Assembly: GCA_951406725.2 (NCBI GenBank) | Contig: OX597822.1 | Coordinates: forward strand, 5,146,001 to 5,210,000 | Direction of reading: 5' to 3' | Source: Octopus vulgaris | Taxonomy: Eukaryota | DNA: 64,000 nucleotides | Part shown: in pieces, positions 24,651 through 39,509 of the stretch | Numbering within the stretch: the stretch's first letter is position 1 | Layout: each line of letters starts with the position of its first letter | The notes under the pieces: generated by a model | What the model saw: only the letters and a program-made list of their open reading frames with translations | Told to the model about the DNA's origin: nothing | Databases searched by the model: none | Made by a program: the position numbers and the translations under genes

Positions 24651-25727
24651 ACACATTTCTGTTAGATCACAAGCTTAACTTATAAGTTAGCACAATACAT
24701 AGGTACAACAGATGCACGTCTTTTACACACACACACACACACACACACATACACAGATGCAGGTATGGTTAAATATAATTATGGCTGTCTGGTGAAAAAG
24801 TACGTTTTGAAACCTTATGGATTCAGGTTCAGTCTCACTGTGCAGCGCTTTGAGAAAGTGATTCTATAGTACTGCTCTGGTTATACAAAAACTAGAGAGA
24901 GAGGGCGGATAAAGAGAGAGAGAGAGAGAGAGTGAGAGAGTATGTGTGTATGTGTGTGCAAGTATATATTTGTCCTTATCAAAAGACTTGACAAGTCTTT
25001 CTCCCCTCCTATCACTCATTCCTCTATCACTCTACTAACCACAAGTATTTTGCTGCTGTAGTTAGATAAGTGCAGAACTACCTATTTCATCACCTAGCCA
25101 CCCTTCATTCTTAACATTGCCCCTCCTCACTGATATTTTCCATAAATCACCCTTTCTGTGCTACAAATTATCTAGTCCTCTTCCATGAACCACTTCCGTT
25201 TGACTCACGTTTACGTACCTATGACCATCTCCACACTTATCACTATACATCTCTCACTCTTGCAAACTCTGTCTACTCACCCATCGTCTTCTTAGCTCTC
25301 ATCTGTCCCCTCTTATAATTTTACTGCTCTTCACTCTGATTATACTGCCAGTCATCCCCTCTTCTTCCCAACATACCCTCCAATTTGAATGTACCATCTC
25401 CACTCTTGTTCACCATTCATTACATTAACACCTTACAATGCATTTAGCCATCTCTCACTCTCTCCACACCCTCGTAATCTCTTGCTATCCACTCCTTTTG
25501 ATTTTCTGTTTTCATATAATCTATTCTAACTTCCTTGAATATAAGGGTAAATCCATACACTTTATCACCATCCACATTCACACACATTTACACTTATATA
25601 TTGTGAGATAGGTGCATCCTGTCTAAACAAGAATCTGTTCTGTTACTCTGTCCTTTGTATCATGCTTTAAAGTTTTACCACCTAGCTAAGCCATTGCTTT
25701 CTCCATTATACTCCTGCTTACTTGAAA

Positions 25728-26108
25728 TGTGGAGGCGCAATGGCCCAGTGGTCAGGGCAGCGGACTCGCAGTCATAGGATCGCGGTTTCGATTCCCAGAC
25801 TGGGCGTTGTGTTTATTGAACGAAAACACCTAAAGCTCCACGAGGCTCCGGCAGGGGATGGTGGTGATCCCTGCTGTACTCTTTCACCACAACTTTCTCT
25901 CACTCTAACTTCCTGTTTCTGTTGTACCTGTATTTCAAAGGGCCGGCCTTGTCACTCTCTGTGTCACGCTGAATATCCCCGAGAACTACATTAAGGGTAC
26001 ACGAATCTGTGGAGTGCTCAGCCACTTACACGTTAATTTCACGAGCAGGCTGTTCCGTTGATTCGGATCAACCGGAACCCTCGTCATCGTAACCGACGGA
26101 GTGCTTCC
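25728..26108 (+). mobile_element. Young full-length SINE family B
   Basis: Nearly identical to 12759-13143; TSD acttgaaa at 25720-27 and 26109-16. Confidence 0.92.
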
Positions 26109-26589
26109 ACTTGAAAGGGTTTTTAAGTCAAGTGAATTACTTGAAAGTCACACTAGTACTGGCACCCAAGAGAATGCAAACAGAACACTGTACGGTGGTT
26201 GACATTAGGAAGGAGATCCAGCTGGAGCAGACACTGGAACATGACACTCTTCCAAACTGGATGATTTTGTAAAGCCAATCAGTCCATGTAAATGCTTAAG
26301 ATGGATGTTATTCGTCATCGCCGTTTAATGCCTTCCTTGCTGGCATAGGTTGGATGGTTTGACAGGATGTGGTCAGGCAGGAGCCTGCACCAGATTTCTG
26401 TGTGTTTTTGCACAGTATTTACAGCTGGATGTCCTTCCTAACACAAACCACCCAGCAGATAATGTGATGATAATGATTCATAAATGTACATGTAAATATA
26501 CATACAAACACACAATATATTTATATAGATACATAATGCATGACCATTGGTAACATACACACATAGATGCATATATATATATATATATA

Positions 26590-26765
26590 AAACACCCACT
26601 ACACTCTCGGGGTAGTTGGCATTAGAAAGAGCATCCAGCTATAGAAACCTTGCCAAATCAGATAAGAATCTGGTGCAGCCCTTTGGCTTTCCAGTTTTCG
26701 GTCAAACCGTCCAACATATGCCAGCATTGAAAGCAGACATATGATGATGATCATGATGATGATAT
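26590..26765 (+). mobile_element. RTE-type 3' end (family D)
   Basis: cacccactacactctcgg...gtcaaaccgtccaac...gatgatgat. Confidence 0.8.
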
Positions 26766-26771
26766 ATATAT

Positions 26772-26819
<48 letters not shown>

Positions 26820-26829
26820 TATGTACACA

Positions 26830-27050
26830 TATGAAGGGAGCCTGAAAAGTTCTGGGCTTTAAGGGTATCATTGAAAGACCTGTTGGAGGCCCAGCATTCC
26901 AAGTTCTTTTACAGGGCTTAGAAAAGCTGAGGGACCTCTGCAATAAGCATGTGAATCTGAGAGGGGAATATGTTGAATAAAATTATATTCAATTGATCAT
27001 CCTGTATTTTCTTTTACCCAAAGCCAGGAACCTTTCAGCACCCCCTCATA
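26830..27050 (+). mobile_element. Mariner-derived MITE
   Basis: TA-flanked TIRs tgaagggagcctgaaaagttctgggcttt / aaagccaggaacctttcagcaccccctca; internal FFLQGLEKLRDLCNKHVNLRGEYVE* is a mariner transposase C-terminus. Confidence 0.85.
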
Positions 27051-27067
27051 TATACATATATCATATG

Positions 27068-27345
<278 letters not shown>

Positions 27346-28072
27346 TAATATAAATACACACACGGTATGTGGGTCGTGTGTGTATGGCGAGAGAAAGAAT
27401 GAACGAAGAAGAGAATGAATCTTTAATTTTGTTTTCTATAGCATCAAGCTGGAAGACAGAAGAGCAGTGCATGTGGCCTATGCAGGATACACGAGTAGAT
27501 GTTTCAATAAATATACAACTATCAATCAATATATTACACACATTTTCATATGGAAATGGTGAAAGGGTTGGCTTGTTGTTCTCTGTAGCAACAGTTAATG
27601 TATCAACAGTGTTTGAAGTTGCTTCTAATGATTCAGTAATGGCCAGCTAAAAGAACTTTCCCCACACAAGTGTATATCTCTCTAAGATACATGCAAATTT
27701 GGTTCTACATCAACTGCAAATGCATATTCAGAAAGAAAGCAAAAAAAAGCAACAAAGAATGTTTAGGAGCAGAAAACTCCAAGCCAAAATCTTGATTAGA
27801 GTTACTGCAATGCAGGTACTGAGCAGAAGCTAATAGAAGCTTCCAACATCATTATCATCCTCATCACTATTTTAATGTCCTCTTTTTTTGATACTTGCAT
27901 GGGTTAAATGAAATTCACTGAGCCAGTTTTCTATCGCCAAATGTTGTCAACCCTCATCTGTTTCCTATCAAGTAATATTCTCACTAGTCTTTTGAACACA
28001 AACAGCTCAATGCCACCAAGCATTTTCTCTGACATGCTAGTGGTTCTGCCACTTCACAGCCTTATTTATCAT

Positions 28073-28293
28073 AATGGTTCTGTTTAAAATTCTGGCAGAA
28101 GGCCAGTTACTTCAGGAGAGAGATAAGTTGACAGCATCAGTCACAGTACTCAACTGCTACTTATTTTATTGATCACAGAAGGATGAAAGGCAAAGTCAAC
28201 CTTGGCAGAACTTGAACTCAGAACATAAAGATGGAAGAAAGGCCATTAAATATTTTGTTTGGTGCGCTTATGATTGTGCCAGTTCACCACCTA
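28073..28293 (-). mobile_element. Meta-domain SINE (family C)
   Basis: gaaggatgaaaggcaaagtcaaccttggcagaacttgaactcagaac. Confidence 0.8.
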
Positions 28294-29683
28294 ATTTATA
28301 ATAATACTTTTGGCTTTATTGTACTGAGGGTTCAAGTGCACAACAACATTTGTATTGCATTGTGTCCCTGGCCAAGCCACTTGTGATAGAATTCTCTCGA
28401 AGAAGCAGAGGATTGTAAATCTAACATGTGTTTTGCAAGTTATTTCAATTAGTATTATTTAGATTGAATTGTATGTGTAACATTATCACGATTAATTAAT
28501 ATTATAATTACAAAAAACTCCAGCCTTTCTTAATTTTCCAGTGGATTTAGACTGATTAATATCTTTTCATATAACTATCAGAAAATGTCTATAATGGTGT
28601 GTGTGTGTGTGTGCATGTAGGTAGATAGAGAGAAAAACAGAACTGTACTCCCTCCCACACCTTACCATTACTCAGCATTATCAGCCAAATAACCGAAAGT
28701 AATACTCTGTAAACAGCTGCAATTCTACCTGCTGAAAAAAAACAAACTAATTTCCAGATTTGTAGACATAACTACCCTCTCCAAGACAAAGACCAATTAC
28801 CTAGAAGTGTCAAATGTTTGGAAAACAGAAGTGGCTTTCATAGAGGTTGGGTCAATAGGCCAACTCAACAATGCAAAACTTTCAGTAGTTGTAATGCTAC
28901 CTTTTCAAGAACCCTGTCAAGGTCACCCTTTCAGTAGTTCTCTGAAAATTCATACATATGGATTTCATGGATTAAAATCAAACATTACAACTTGCCAATG
29001 TCCCTGAGACCTTCACTAGCAATGTTGAAGGCCTATGAAAAATGATCCTGAGAATTTCCAAAAATGCTTAAAGAATTAAACAAAACTATGAAAATGGATA
29101 TGAATGAATTGTTAATCTCAAGTACCATGAGGGATGCTATTTTGGATGCAGAAGCATATGGCAGTTGCTGTATTGGGTGTTCTATCACACCCAATGCCAC
29201 CAAATTTTAAGCAGAGATATAAACAAAAGTTTTCTATCAAGATTTGTGATTAAATTGATGAGTAAGGTTAATATCTATAATGAATTTGCTGTTTTTGTTG
29301 CTTGTGCAGTGCACACCTAGCACACCTGGAATACAATATGTTCTTGCTTGGATCATAAATTGCATAATATACTTAGCCATTTTAACTCAGTTCAAAAGAC
29401 ATAACTACTCAGGTTAATTACAATACCTGGAATAGGGAATTCCCAAAATCCCATCCCAGAAGACAAGTGGTCACAACAGTAATACTTGTTAAAATATACA
29501 CAAGCTACAGCCTTTCATGTCTTGGGCATATGCATCATTATATTATAAAAGCCATACAAAGACCCAAAGCTTAATATTTCCATGCTTACTGCCAAAACCC
29601 ACACACTGGATAGAAGCTTTCTGCAGTTACTATGAAACACCCAGTATATATCTATAATCTCAGCATATGTGAGTGCATGTGTA

Positions 29684-29860
29684 TCATCATCATCATCACT
29701 TAGCGTCCGCTTTCCATGCTAGCAGGGGTTGGACAGTTCAACTGGGGTCTGTGAAGCCAGAAGGCTGCATCAGGCCCAGTCTGATCTGGCAGTGTTTCTA
29801 CGGCTGGATGCCCTTCCTAACGCCAACCACTCTGCGAGTGTAGTGGGTGCTTTTTACGTG
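29684..29860 (-). mobile_element. RTE-type 3' end (family D), young
   Basis: (cat)n...agcgtccgctttccatgctagc...ggatgcccttcctaacgccaaccac. Confidence 0.85.
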
Positions 29861-29863
29861 GAT

Positions 29864-30180
29864 CATTATTCAGTTTTATTTCAAGATTTCTTGCCATTAG
29901 ATGAAGAGCCAGTTTCTAACCTAGATCCAAGGCTCCTTCATTGGAATTTCAACACCAACAACACAGAAGTTTTGTATGAATATGAGGAGATTTCTATGTT
30001 TTGCTTCATGTATGTCTTCTCATGTATATACTTCCATATCTAGACATGCTTACATATACTTAAATGATAAACTTCTGGAAAGTTTTACAGACTTTTACAG
30101 TTCCAGTCATGGCTTGGATCTGTAGTCTTTGAATCAACTTTCTCCTTCTGGTTTTGAGAAACCTAATTTCTCAAGATTGG
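29864..30180 (-). pseudogene. 3' end of an R2-group (R4/NeSL-like) non-LTR retrotransposon
   Basis: With one frameshift the minus strand gives NLEKLGFSKPE/RKLIQRLQIQAMTGTVKVCKTFQKFII*, like the end of restriction-like endonuclease LINEs, then a 3' UTR ending aataaaactgaataat. Confidence 0.5.
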
Positions 30181-30844
30181 TTATGTATGTATGTATGTAT
30201 GTATGTACGTACATACATATGTACGTACATACGTACATATGTATATACATATGTATGTATGTAGGTATGTATGTATGTACATGTGTATATACACACACAC
30301 ACATACATACACATATATTATTACTATTGCTATAATTTTTATCTTCATTATCATCATCTTAGAATAATAACCTAATCAAAAATGATAAGCTTCCCCTTTT
30401 TATCAATGATGCCAATGTGGAAGATGAGAAAGGCAAGAAAGAAACTCCTAAATACGATAATCATTAATTCAAGAGCAATTTCCCAGCTAGACAGTCACTA
30501 CACAGTTTTCTAAATAGACACACAAAAGCATGCAAAAGTAAATTCTCCTTATTGAAAACCCAGTGCAATCAATATACACGGAGAAGGTTGCAAGCTAAAG
30601 TAAATGAGACTTTATTTTCCTGGCTATTTTTTTTTTTTTTTGCTTTCTTGTTTTTATTTTAACTATTTTCTCATACTTGGTAACTTTAGTTTCACAATTC
30701 TTACTAGAGAAGATATTTATAACACCAACAGGGGAAATCTTAACATCAGAAAGAAAGGAAAAAATATCTGAAAGTGTTGTCCAATTTGAGAATTCATAGA
30801 GCCAATTTGCTTTTTCCCTGAGTATGTGTGTGCATGTGTGTATG

Positions 30845-30894
<50 letters not shown>

Positions 30895-31312
30895 TATATA
30901 TATATATATACATATATATATACATATATATATATACATACACACACACACACACACATAAATAAGGATAAGTATCAGTGAGTGTGTGTGTATATATGTA
31001 TATACATGTGTGTGGATACATATATATATACACAGACATACATTTGCATAAATAACAGACACAAAAATATACATGCACACACACACGCATATATATATAC
31101 ATAGGTATATATGCATACGCGAGTATATCTATACACATGTACATATACACAGGCATGCATCATACATACACATATATATGCATACATATACACATATATA
31201 TATGGATACACACACACACACACACACAAACACATGCATAAAGTAATTTCAAAGTTTACATGCATGTATATATGATGAAATCATTACGAAACGAGTGTGC
31301 ATGCACGTATAT

Positions 31313-31350
<38 letters not shown>

Positions 31351-31360
31351 ATGCACAATC
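30181..31360. repeat. Compound (TATG)n/(TA)n/(CA)n microsatellite fields
   Basis: Tracts at 30181-30315 and 30820-31360. Confidence 0.85.
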
Positions 31361-31586
31361 ATACAATAATGGAAAAGTAAAACTGCTGAGAAGTCCTAAG
31401 AGAATATTACTGGAAAACTTTTACAGTTTTTAGATGAAATGGCAGAATGCTTACTTTCAATTTAAATAAGTCTAACATATGTCTTCTAACAAATTTAGAA
31501 GTTTTAAAGAAGCTGTATAGAGGCTACTGGAACTATCATATGATCATTTCATATTCTATACCTTTCCATATGAATGTCTAAATGCT

Positions 31587-31617
<31 letters not shown>

Positions 31618-33574
31618 CATATTTTATGTCATGTTCATAAACATTTTATAATTAATTTAGAGTTAGACATTCAACAGCTTCTGTTGAATGTCTAACTCAT
31701 TCCAGTATGGAAAATGAATGTGGTAATGATGATGATGATGATGATAAAGCAATTAAGCATGTGTAAAACAAAAGTAGACCTTACTATCATTGAAATAGAG
31801 GAAGTGGGGGAGGTCACCATGTCAAAAACGGTAGAGGAGTAGAGGCTGAAACTGGATATGGTTCCTCCTGATGATGTCTTTAGCCACTGGATCCTATAAA
31901 GGAACTGTTGAGGTAGCAAAACACGAAACGGGGTTGGAATCCCTCCACAAACATGAAGCATCTTAACCCAATATCTGACAGTTGTTTGCCAGTCAGTAAT
32001 TGGACATCTTCTTACCTGTGGTTTGTCAGGAAACTTTGAATAGAGTATGTAAACTTTACATCTTTGTGTAATAAATTATGTATATTTAGATATATAAATG
32101 GGTGTATTCAGATTATCATTTAACATTTATGTCTCACACTAGCATGGGTGGAACAGGGTCTGAAATTGTCTGAGGAGTGCATTGTGCTTCCATTTCAGCT
32201 TTAGATTTTAGAATTGGATGCCCTTCTTAATCCCAACCACTTAACAGTGTGTACTGACTTTACATGTTATAAAGTATTAGTTGGCTGCAAGTCCTCACTA
32301 AGCAGTTTTTATTTTAGAAATTTCCTTCTCCAAGATGGATTGTCTTCACCATTTGCTCTCGACAAGAGTGGATGGCTGTTTTTTCTCCTTGGTTCTTCCA
32401 GCCTTTGATAGATTTTTCATCCTGCAAAGTGTCCAAAAACTACCTTCCTTGTCAAGCAAGCTTGGTGGAGTTGCCAGTCATTGGCAAGCCTGACCATACA
32501 ACAGCTTGTATTGAGTAACATGTTACCAGAAGTGCAAAAGCAACTAGATAGACACACACAAACACGTGTGTGAGTGCATGCACACGCGTGTGTGTGTGTG
32601 AGAGTAGTGTAGTGTCTGAACTCAAATTATTTGTATTGGGTAATTTTCTTCGCTAAAAACTGCTGGTTTTAGTTTTTAGCGAAAATTTTAAGGGAAGAAC
32701 TATCAATGTCAATTTTTCTCAACAAGTGTATTTTTAATATAAGTCTATTTTAGATTATTTTCTATATAACATCAAATTGTTCCCAATATTATAAAAGAAT
32801 ACTGTTTGATTTGGACACAATACAAGAATAAGTCTGCAAGAGACAGAATTTACACCTAATCTATTCATATGTAAAGAAAATGATTTCTTTCCTGTACACC
32901 TGTGCATTATTTTTCCACCTGACTGTATCATTTTATTGAAATTCTTGTTTTATACAATTCCTATAATTCTTTTCAAATAAAATACCAAACACAATTACTA
33001 TTCTAAAGCACAAAAGGTGATAGTCTGTTTATGTTGAACTGAAAAATTATGTCCAATTCAGAGGCAACATTATCCTCTATTCTTGACAAATTTCCAGAGA
33101 TCATGCTTTAAGAAGTATTTTCTTTACAAACTATGTTTTGCGGAACAAAGGAATTTCTTTCCACCCTAAGGCTTGTCTGACCATATTTCTTTCATATAAT
33201 GTATTTTCTTCTTTCTTTGAATCGTAATGCACAAATATATATGAGTTTCTTTTTCTTTTTCATGTAATAACATATTATGTCTGCTTTTTTATGTTACTTT
33301 CATTTTACTAATTTTCTTAAGCTACTATTGAAAAATCATAGTGAAAATTTTTATTTATACCAATGCTACATATAGCATATAGGACAACTCTGGTACTTTT
33401 TTAAATAAGATTTCTTTCATACAAACAACCTCGGTTGTACCTAAATGCTATTCTGTGGATTCATTTATAGGATAAAGTAACTTTCTTCAGAGCTGGAAAC
33501 AAGAAATTAATGAAAATAGCCAGAATTTGTAACCTTTAGGTGAGAAACCTCTTGTTCAACATATAACACAAAAT

Positions 33575-33762
33575 ATTAGTTTCAATTTTTGGCACAAGGC
33601 CAGCAATTTTAGGGGAGGAGTAAGTCGATTACATTGAACCCAGTGTTCAACAGGTACTTATTTTCCTGACCCCGAAAGGATGAAAGGCAAAGTCAACCTC
33701 AGATGAAATACCAGTAAGCATTTTGGTCAGCATGCAAACAGTTCTGCCAACTTGCTGCCTTA
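33575..33762 (-). mobile_element. Meta-domain SINE (family C), internally deleted
   Basis: ggcacaaggccagcaatttt...gaccccgaaaggatgaaaggcaaagtc. Confidence 0.8.
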
Positions 33763-33783
33763 TAACATGAAGTATTCAAAATA

Positions 33784-34286
33784 TCTATATGATAATCTGC
33801 TTGTTTGTTTGCCTGTTATACTTTAGTTAGAGAGGTGGAGTGAGTGAGAGGTGGAGTGAGTGAGAGGTGGAGTAAAAATGGGAGAGAGAGATGTAAGTAG
33901 AGAAAAAAAGAAGAGAAGAGTATGCACCAAAGTTAAATGCATCATGTGATTGGTTGAAAGAAGAGGAGAAGAGCAAGAGAAAAGTGAGAGAGAGATGTGC
34001 TACTGATGTGTTGTAAGGTGGGGAGGGAAAAGTGAAGACAAAGAGAGAAGTGTTAAAGACATGAAGAGGGGAATTACATGGTTAAAAAGTTTGTTGAAGG
34101 GGTGGAGAGAAAGAGAGAAATATAAAGTGCTTAGCAGAGGGAAATTTTAAAATCATACAATATATAATTATGACTAGAACTGAAACAACTTAGCAAAATG
34201 AAAATTAAAATGCAAATCATTCTTTCTCTCTAAAATAGCTTCTCTTAATTTCTTTCGTTCTGTGGAATTTTCACAGGTCCTACTAG
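33784..34286 (+). mobile_element. Old non-autonomous Helitron
   Basis: A|TCtatatgataat start; 3' hairpin ctgtgg-aattt-tcacag then CTAG|T. Confidence 0.5.
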
Positions 34287-34553
34287 TAATTTACTCATTC
34301 TGAGAATTTTTTTTTTTTTTTGCTTTTTTAAGGCTTACTCAGAAGAGAAAGCTAGTACCCATGATCGTTTCATAGAGAGTGGTAAGACAAAGTGGTGAGT
34401 GGTGGAATGAACCCAGAACCCATTGGCTGCAGTAAGAGGCAGCAAATCAGAATATCTAGTATTATTCATGTCACAGAGTTGATCTAAAATGTTTCTATCA
34501 GAGTGACTTTCAGTAAAGGTACCCACATAAAGGTGAGACTAGCTGTACCTTAA

Positions 34554-34775
34554 CTCTTCAGCATTTAAACTGGCCATATCCAGTCTAAATTTTCTATTTG
34601 TTTTATGTTAAAACTAGCCATATCTGGCTTCTCACACCTACCCTACAATGTTATTCCAAAAATTAAATCTTTCCATTTTTGAAATCTTAAGGCTACAAGA
34701 TGGTGCATGATTAATTCAAAACAATGTGAATAAATAAGCATTACAATTGACAGAGTAATCTGAATGCCAATGGGG
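34554..34775. mobile_element. piggyBac-type MITE (family E), degenerate TIRs
   Basis: Body matches 18303-18520. Confidence 0.85.
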
Positions 34776-36762
34776 TTGAAAGTAAGATTTATGCATAGCT
34801 GATAATTCACAGATATACCATATGTCATGATGATGCTCTGATGATGTAACTAAGAGTGAAGACACACCTTTGCACGAATAGATGCAAAAATTAATGTATT
34901 TCTGTTTGTTTCTGCAATAAGTACGCAGCTGTCGAGTCAGTTGGACAACCTATCATTGAATTAGTATTCAAATAGCTGAACATTCCACAGATACAGGCAT
35001 CCTAAATGTAATACCCAGGTGATATCAACAAGACCAAATTGGACCTTTGGAGAACAGGTACGGTCCATCCGACAAGCTTTTCAACAATTTATGTTCATTC
35101 AGTTGCACATGGACTGAACTAGAGCTATGGTAAAGGATACCTATCCGTGGTGCCATACATCTGGATTGAATCTGAGACCACACAATTTCTGAGTGAACTT
35201 CTTAAGCATTTGGTCATGCTGCATCCATCATCATCATCATCATCAGCATTTAACATCCATTTTCCATGCTGGCATGGGTTGGACAGTGTGTGTGTGTGTG
35301 TGTGCATGTAAAAGGTCCATAAAATATTTGGCAGGGGTGAGATTAATCATCCAGAAACTCTCGGACTCACAGAAATGTCCATATTCCTTTAACGGGCTGT
35401 GTCAAGATAAAGACTGATGCCACTTTAAAACTTTTAACTCTCATCTCCCTTCTTTTTCTGACACTCATTCCATGCTCCCTTCCTAAAATCAAATGTATCA
35501 AAAAAAGAAACAAAAAAGAAAAAAGAATACAACCAACAAGTTGATCCACATTAATCATTTCATATTATATGGAATGTCAAAAACAATTGATCAACTTACT
35601 GTTTATTTTAGGGTGACCCTTTTCAAACTAAGAAATGATAACATGGAGGCTATCATATTTAGTGGATATCTGATTACAATACAATATCTGCATCAGAACT
35701 GTAAGATGAGAGCATGTGAAAAGCTATGTAAGAAAAAAGGCTGATGGTACTGAAGGGTAATTATAATGACAATGTCAATATTAATGATGATGATGATAAT
35801 GACAACGCAATGTTTCACATGCATTCCTTCGGTATAAAGCAAAATCTTGGATAAAGAATGAATTATATTCTGCCTATGTTGTCAGTATTTGAATGTATTT
35901 TGATATCGCTGATGGTTATCTCTTGGGAGTTGAGGAAAAGCTCATTTCTAAAAGTCAGAAACTATAGAGTTATTATTCACCTCATTGGCTTAATGCCCAT
36001 ACTGGTATATTCCCACACTGACATATCTTAGATAATGCTCTGTTAGAAAAGTTCAGTATATATTCTTGTGATATTACTGGCATTTGCTGCATACAATTCA
36101 ATCCAACTTTAGTTCCGTCTATAGCTATCATACAGAATGGTTAAGTCATCTCAGTTAATTAAAGTGACATAGCTGATATTTAGTTCAATAGCACTGACAT
36201 AGAATAACCTAAAACCTTATTCACAGTAGAGTTAGTAAAAGGGGTCTCTGAAATGCTTAACAGAAGATTTAGATGAGAAGATTTAAACATTAAAAACGTA
36301 GATGAATCATGAAGTGTTACCACAAATATTAGACGTGGTATATTTTACAATTTAAACTAAGATCAGTTCTTATCTGTATCATTTCTGACACTCAAACCAT
36401 TTTGTAGTTTCAAGACTTCATTGTAAATACTATATATTTCCAATACTCAGAACTGCAAATCTTTAATCTCTGTAGATTTTCTCACATTTCCTTTCAATTA
36501 TATATTAATTTATAGCATGAGATATTTCTGAGCCAACAAAGGAATCCCTACATTTTCTCCTGGAAGCTCAAAAATTGCAATTATCCTATTTCTATGTTTC
36601 CTTTCTGTTCAGTTGGGGTTGATTTTATTTTCAGAGCTAGTCCATACACTGGACAGCGAAATAATTTGTTAAAGCAGCATTTCAAATAACAGCCTCACAC
36701 AACAATAAAATTTATTTCCTAACATTACCAGTTTCCAATCAGATGATCATTGAAATAATTAA

Positions 36763-36985
36763 CCCTTTAGCATTCAGATTGCTCTGTCAAAAGCAATGCT
36801 TATTTTTATTCACATTGTTTTGAATTAATTGTGAATTATCTCATAGCTTTCAGGTTGCAATGATATCATTGTTAATTTTTAGAAAGACAAAGTAGGATAG
36901 ATGTAAGAGGCTGGATCTGGCCAGTTTCAGCCAAAGAACACTTAGAATATTTGGGCTGGACATGGCTGGCTTGAATGCTAAAGGG
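36763..36985. mobile_element. piggyBac-type MITE (family E)
   Basis: TTAA|ccctttagcattc ... gaatgctaaaggg. Confidence 0.85.
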
Positions 36986-37804
36986 TAAACCAAACAACTG
37001 GTTAGTTATTGTGGTCTGTGATGGCTGGATATGTTGGCTGTGGAATCTAATGTATAGTCAGAAAGGAGCAAAAAAAAAAAAAACCCTTCAAAGTGAGAGT
37101 AGTACATGTGTATGTGGGAGGGACCATTGAACACTAGATGGAGTCTCAGGGGGACCATCTGACATACAGCATATCAGTGATTGACCAACTATGTGTGATG
37201 TTTTACTTTTACGCACACAAACATACACACACAAATGGCTTATTTTCTATCAAAAGACATAATGAGAAGAATATGTGGGTTTAAGAATATGAGTGTATGG
37301 GAATGTTTGTGCAAAAACATGGCTGTGTTGCAAAGAATTATCCTTTTGCATTCATATGATTCCAAGTTGATCCCATTGTAAAGCACTTTGGGTAAGTGTG
37401 TCCTACTACTTGACTCAGACTGGCCACTGCCTTGGAATGGATTGGGCTGGTGAAACTATAGAAATTTGTGTGTGTGTGTGTGTTTGAAAAACATGGTGGG
37501 TGGTATTTACATTCCTTGTTGGCATTACAAATGACTGGTCATTTTGCACTTTCAAAGACCAGAGAAATTTTTTACAAAATCTCTTCCTGAGAACTGGCAA
37601 CATGACATGTGTCCGGCTAAAAAAAATAGGTTGTGTCAAAATCAATTTCCATCCAAGTCGAAGCTAGCTTGGAAAAACACACTTTAAATGAACGAGAGAG
37701 GGAGAGAGAGAGAGAGTGTGTGTTTGATTAATGTTTATATTTTTGATTAACATACACTATCAAAATAATAATAATAATAATAATAATCAAGCAAAGTCCT
37801 TAGC

Positions 37805-38359
37805 AAACATTACTCTGAGTAGTGAAGCATAAAATCAAGAATAGCACAACACACATGCACACACACACTGATAGATATGAATATATATATATATATATTA
37901 GGTTATGAATGTATGTATAGATGCAAAGTATATATGTGCAGTTGATGTATATGCCTGTGTACATATATATATCTTGTAATACTTGTCACCAGAAAAGCAG
38001 TGAACCAGTGGCTGGTTAGATGGAGAACATGTAAGTAACAACATTATTCTTCATGATTTGTGATATATATAAAATAAATAAGAAAGTTGTAAAATTGTTT
38101 TCATAATCACTGGCTGTAAAAGTATGTCCTTGAAGATGGAGAGTTAAGGACATTTGTTGATTTTAAAGTTGGAAAGCTAGAACTACTCAGATACTTTCTG
38201 TCTCAGTGTTTAGAAAAGAGTTAAGCAGAACAAGTTAGAATTGAAAACAAATAACCTTACTGTTACAATAACTATGCCTGAGAGCTTAATTCCACATGCT
38301 ATGGCATGATTTACCAGTCTTTGGAAAATAACGCACCAGTTGAGTATTAAAGAATGCAG

Positions 38360-38439
<80 letters not shown>

Positions 38440-38683
38440 ATATGTATAAAAAGATATATTCTACATCAATGGCAAGAAGACAACCTCAAAGTAATCCATA
38501 ACTCTTTATGAAATCAGCTAATTGATTGAAAAAGATTTTTCCAATAAAAAAAATATAGAACTAAAAACACAATCCAGTTTTGATAATGTGAATAAAATAA
38601 AACATTATATTCTTCAGCCCTTGTTAGTTTTCACAGCTACAGTATTTATATTTCCAGATTATTATTTCTATTATTATTATTAC

Positions 38684-38714
<31 letters not shown>

Positions 38715-39182
38715 ATTATTATTATTATTATTATTAATATTATTATTGGAGAAAGAGTTTGTTATTCTTCAGTATATTTGAATACATTTCTTCTATTAAT
38801 TTATTTTACTGTTTTTATTGAGGGGAGGGGGTCACTTTATTTCTTTGTTTTGCTTTTAACCATTTTCACTTGTTCTCTGATATCATTCCACAGTTTTCTA
38901 TCTTACACACACACACACACCACTCCCACCCCCACCCCCTAATCCCCAACTACTACCAGCAGAAAGTTGTGTTTTTGCTACTTTCACCTCCACCACCCCA
39001 GTATCTCTATTAACTGCCTCATTTCAGTCTTACTCCACTACACAGCTGGCAACATAGCAAACAACAAAACGTTAGATAAACACACATATAAAAATATGAA
39101 ACGATTCTACGAGAGGGGCAACAGAGATCTCCTGGGGAGGTATCCATTATTCCACCACTCTGCATCTCAGCAACAATAACGT

Positions 39183-39214
<32 letters not shown>

Positions 39215-39456
39215 CACACACATGCACCACATACACACACATATAAACAGACATGCATACATATACATATAAATATACACACACATGTACATGCATAATA
39301 CATAAACACACATGCATATTTATACATGCACACATGCATATACACACATTCTAATACACAAAGATGCCATACGTAGACATATATATATATATATATGTAC
39401 ACAGGCATATACATAAACTGCACATATATACTTTGCATCTATACATACATTCTAAC

Positions 39457-39509
<53 letters not shown>

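Noticed and set aside
25000-25560. Long pyrimidine-skewed tract, with similar purine tracts at 15090-15330 and 45640-45940
   Set aside because: Looks like decayed low-complexity or old repeat sequence with no definable unit or termini
28800-29480. Possible decayed transposase or RT
   Set aside because: Composition looks coding-like but no motif could be recognised in any frame
34335-34526. 63-aa ORF ending at a gtaag donor
   Set aside because: No recognisable domain and no partner exons identified
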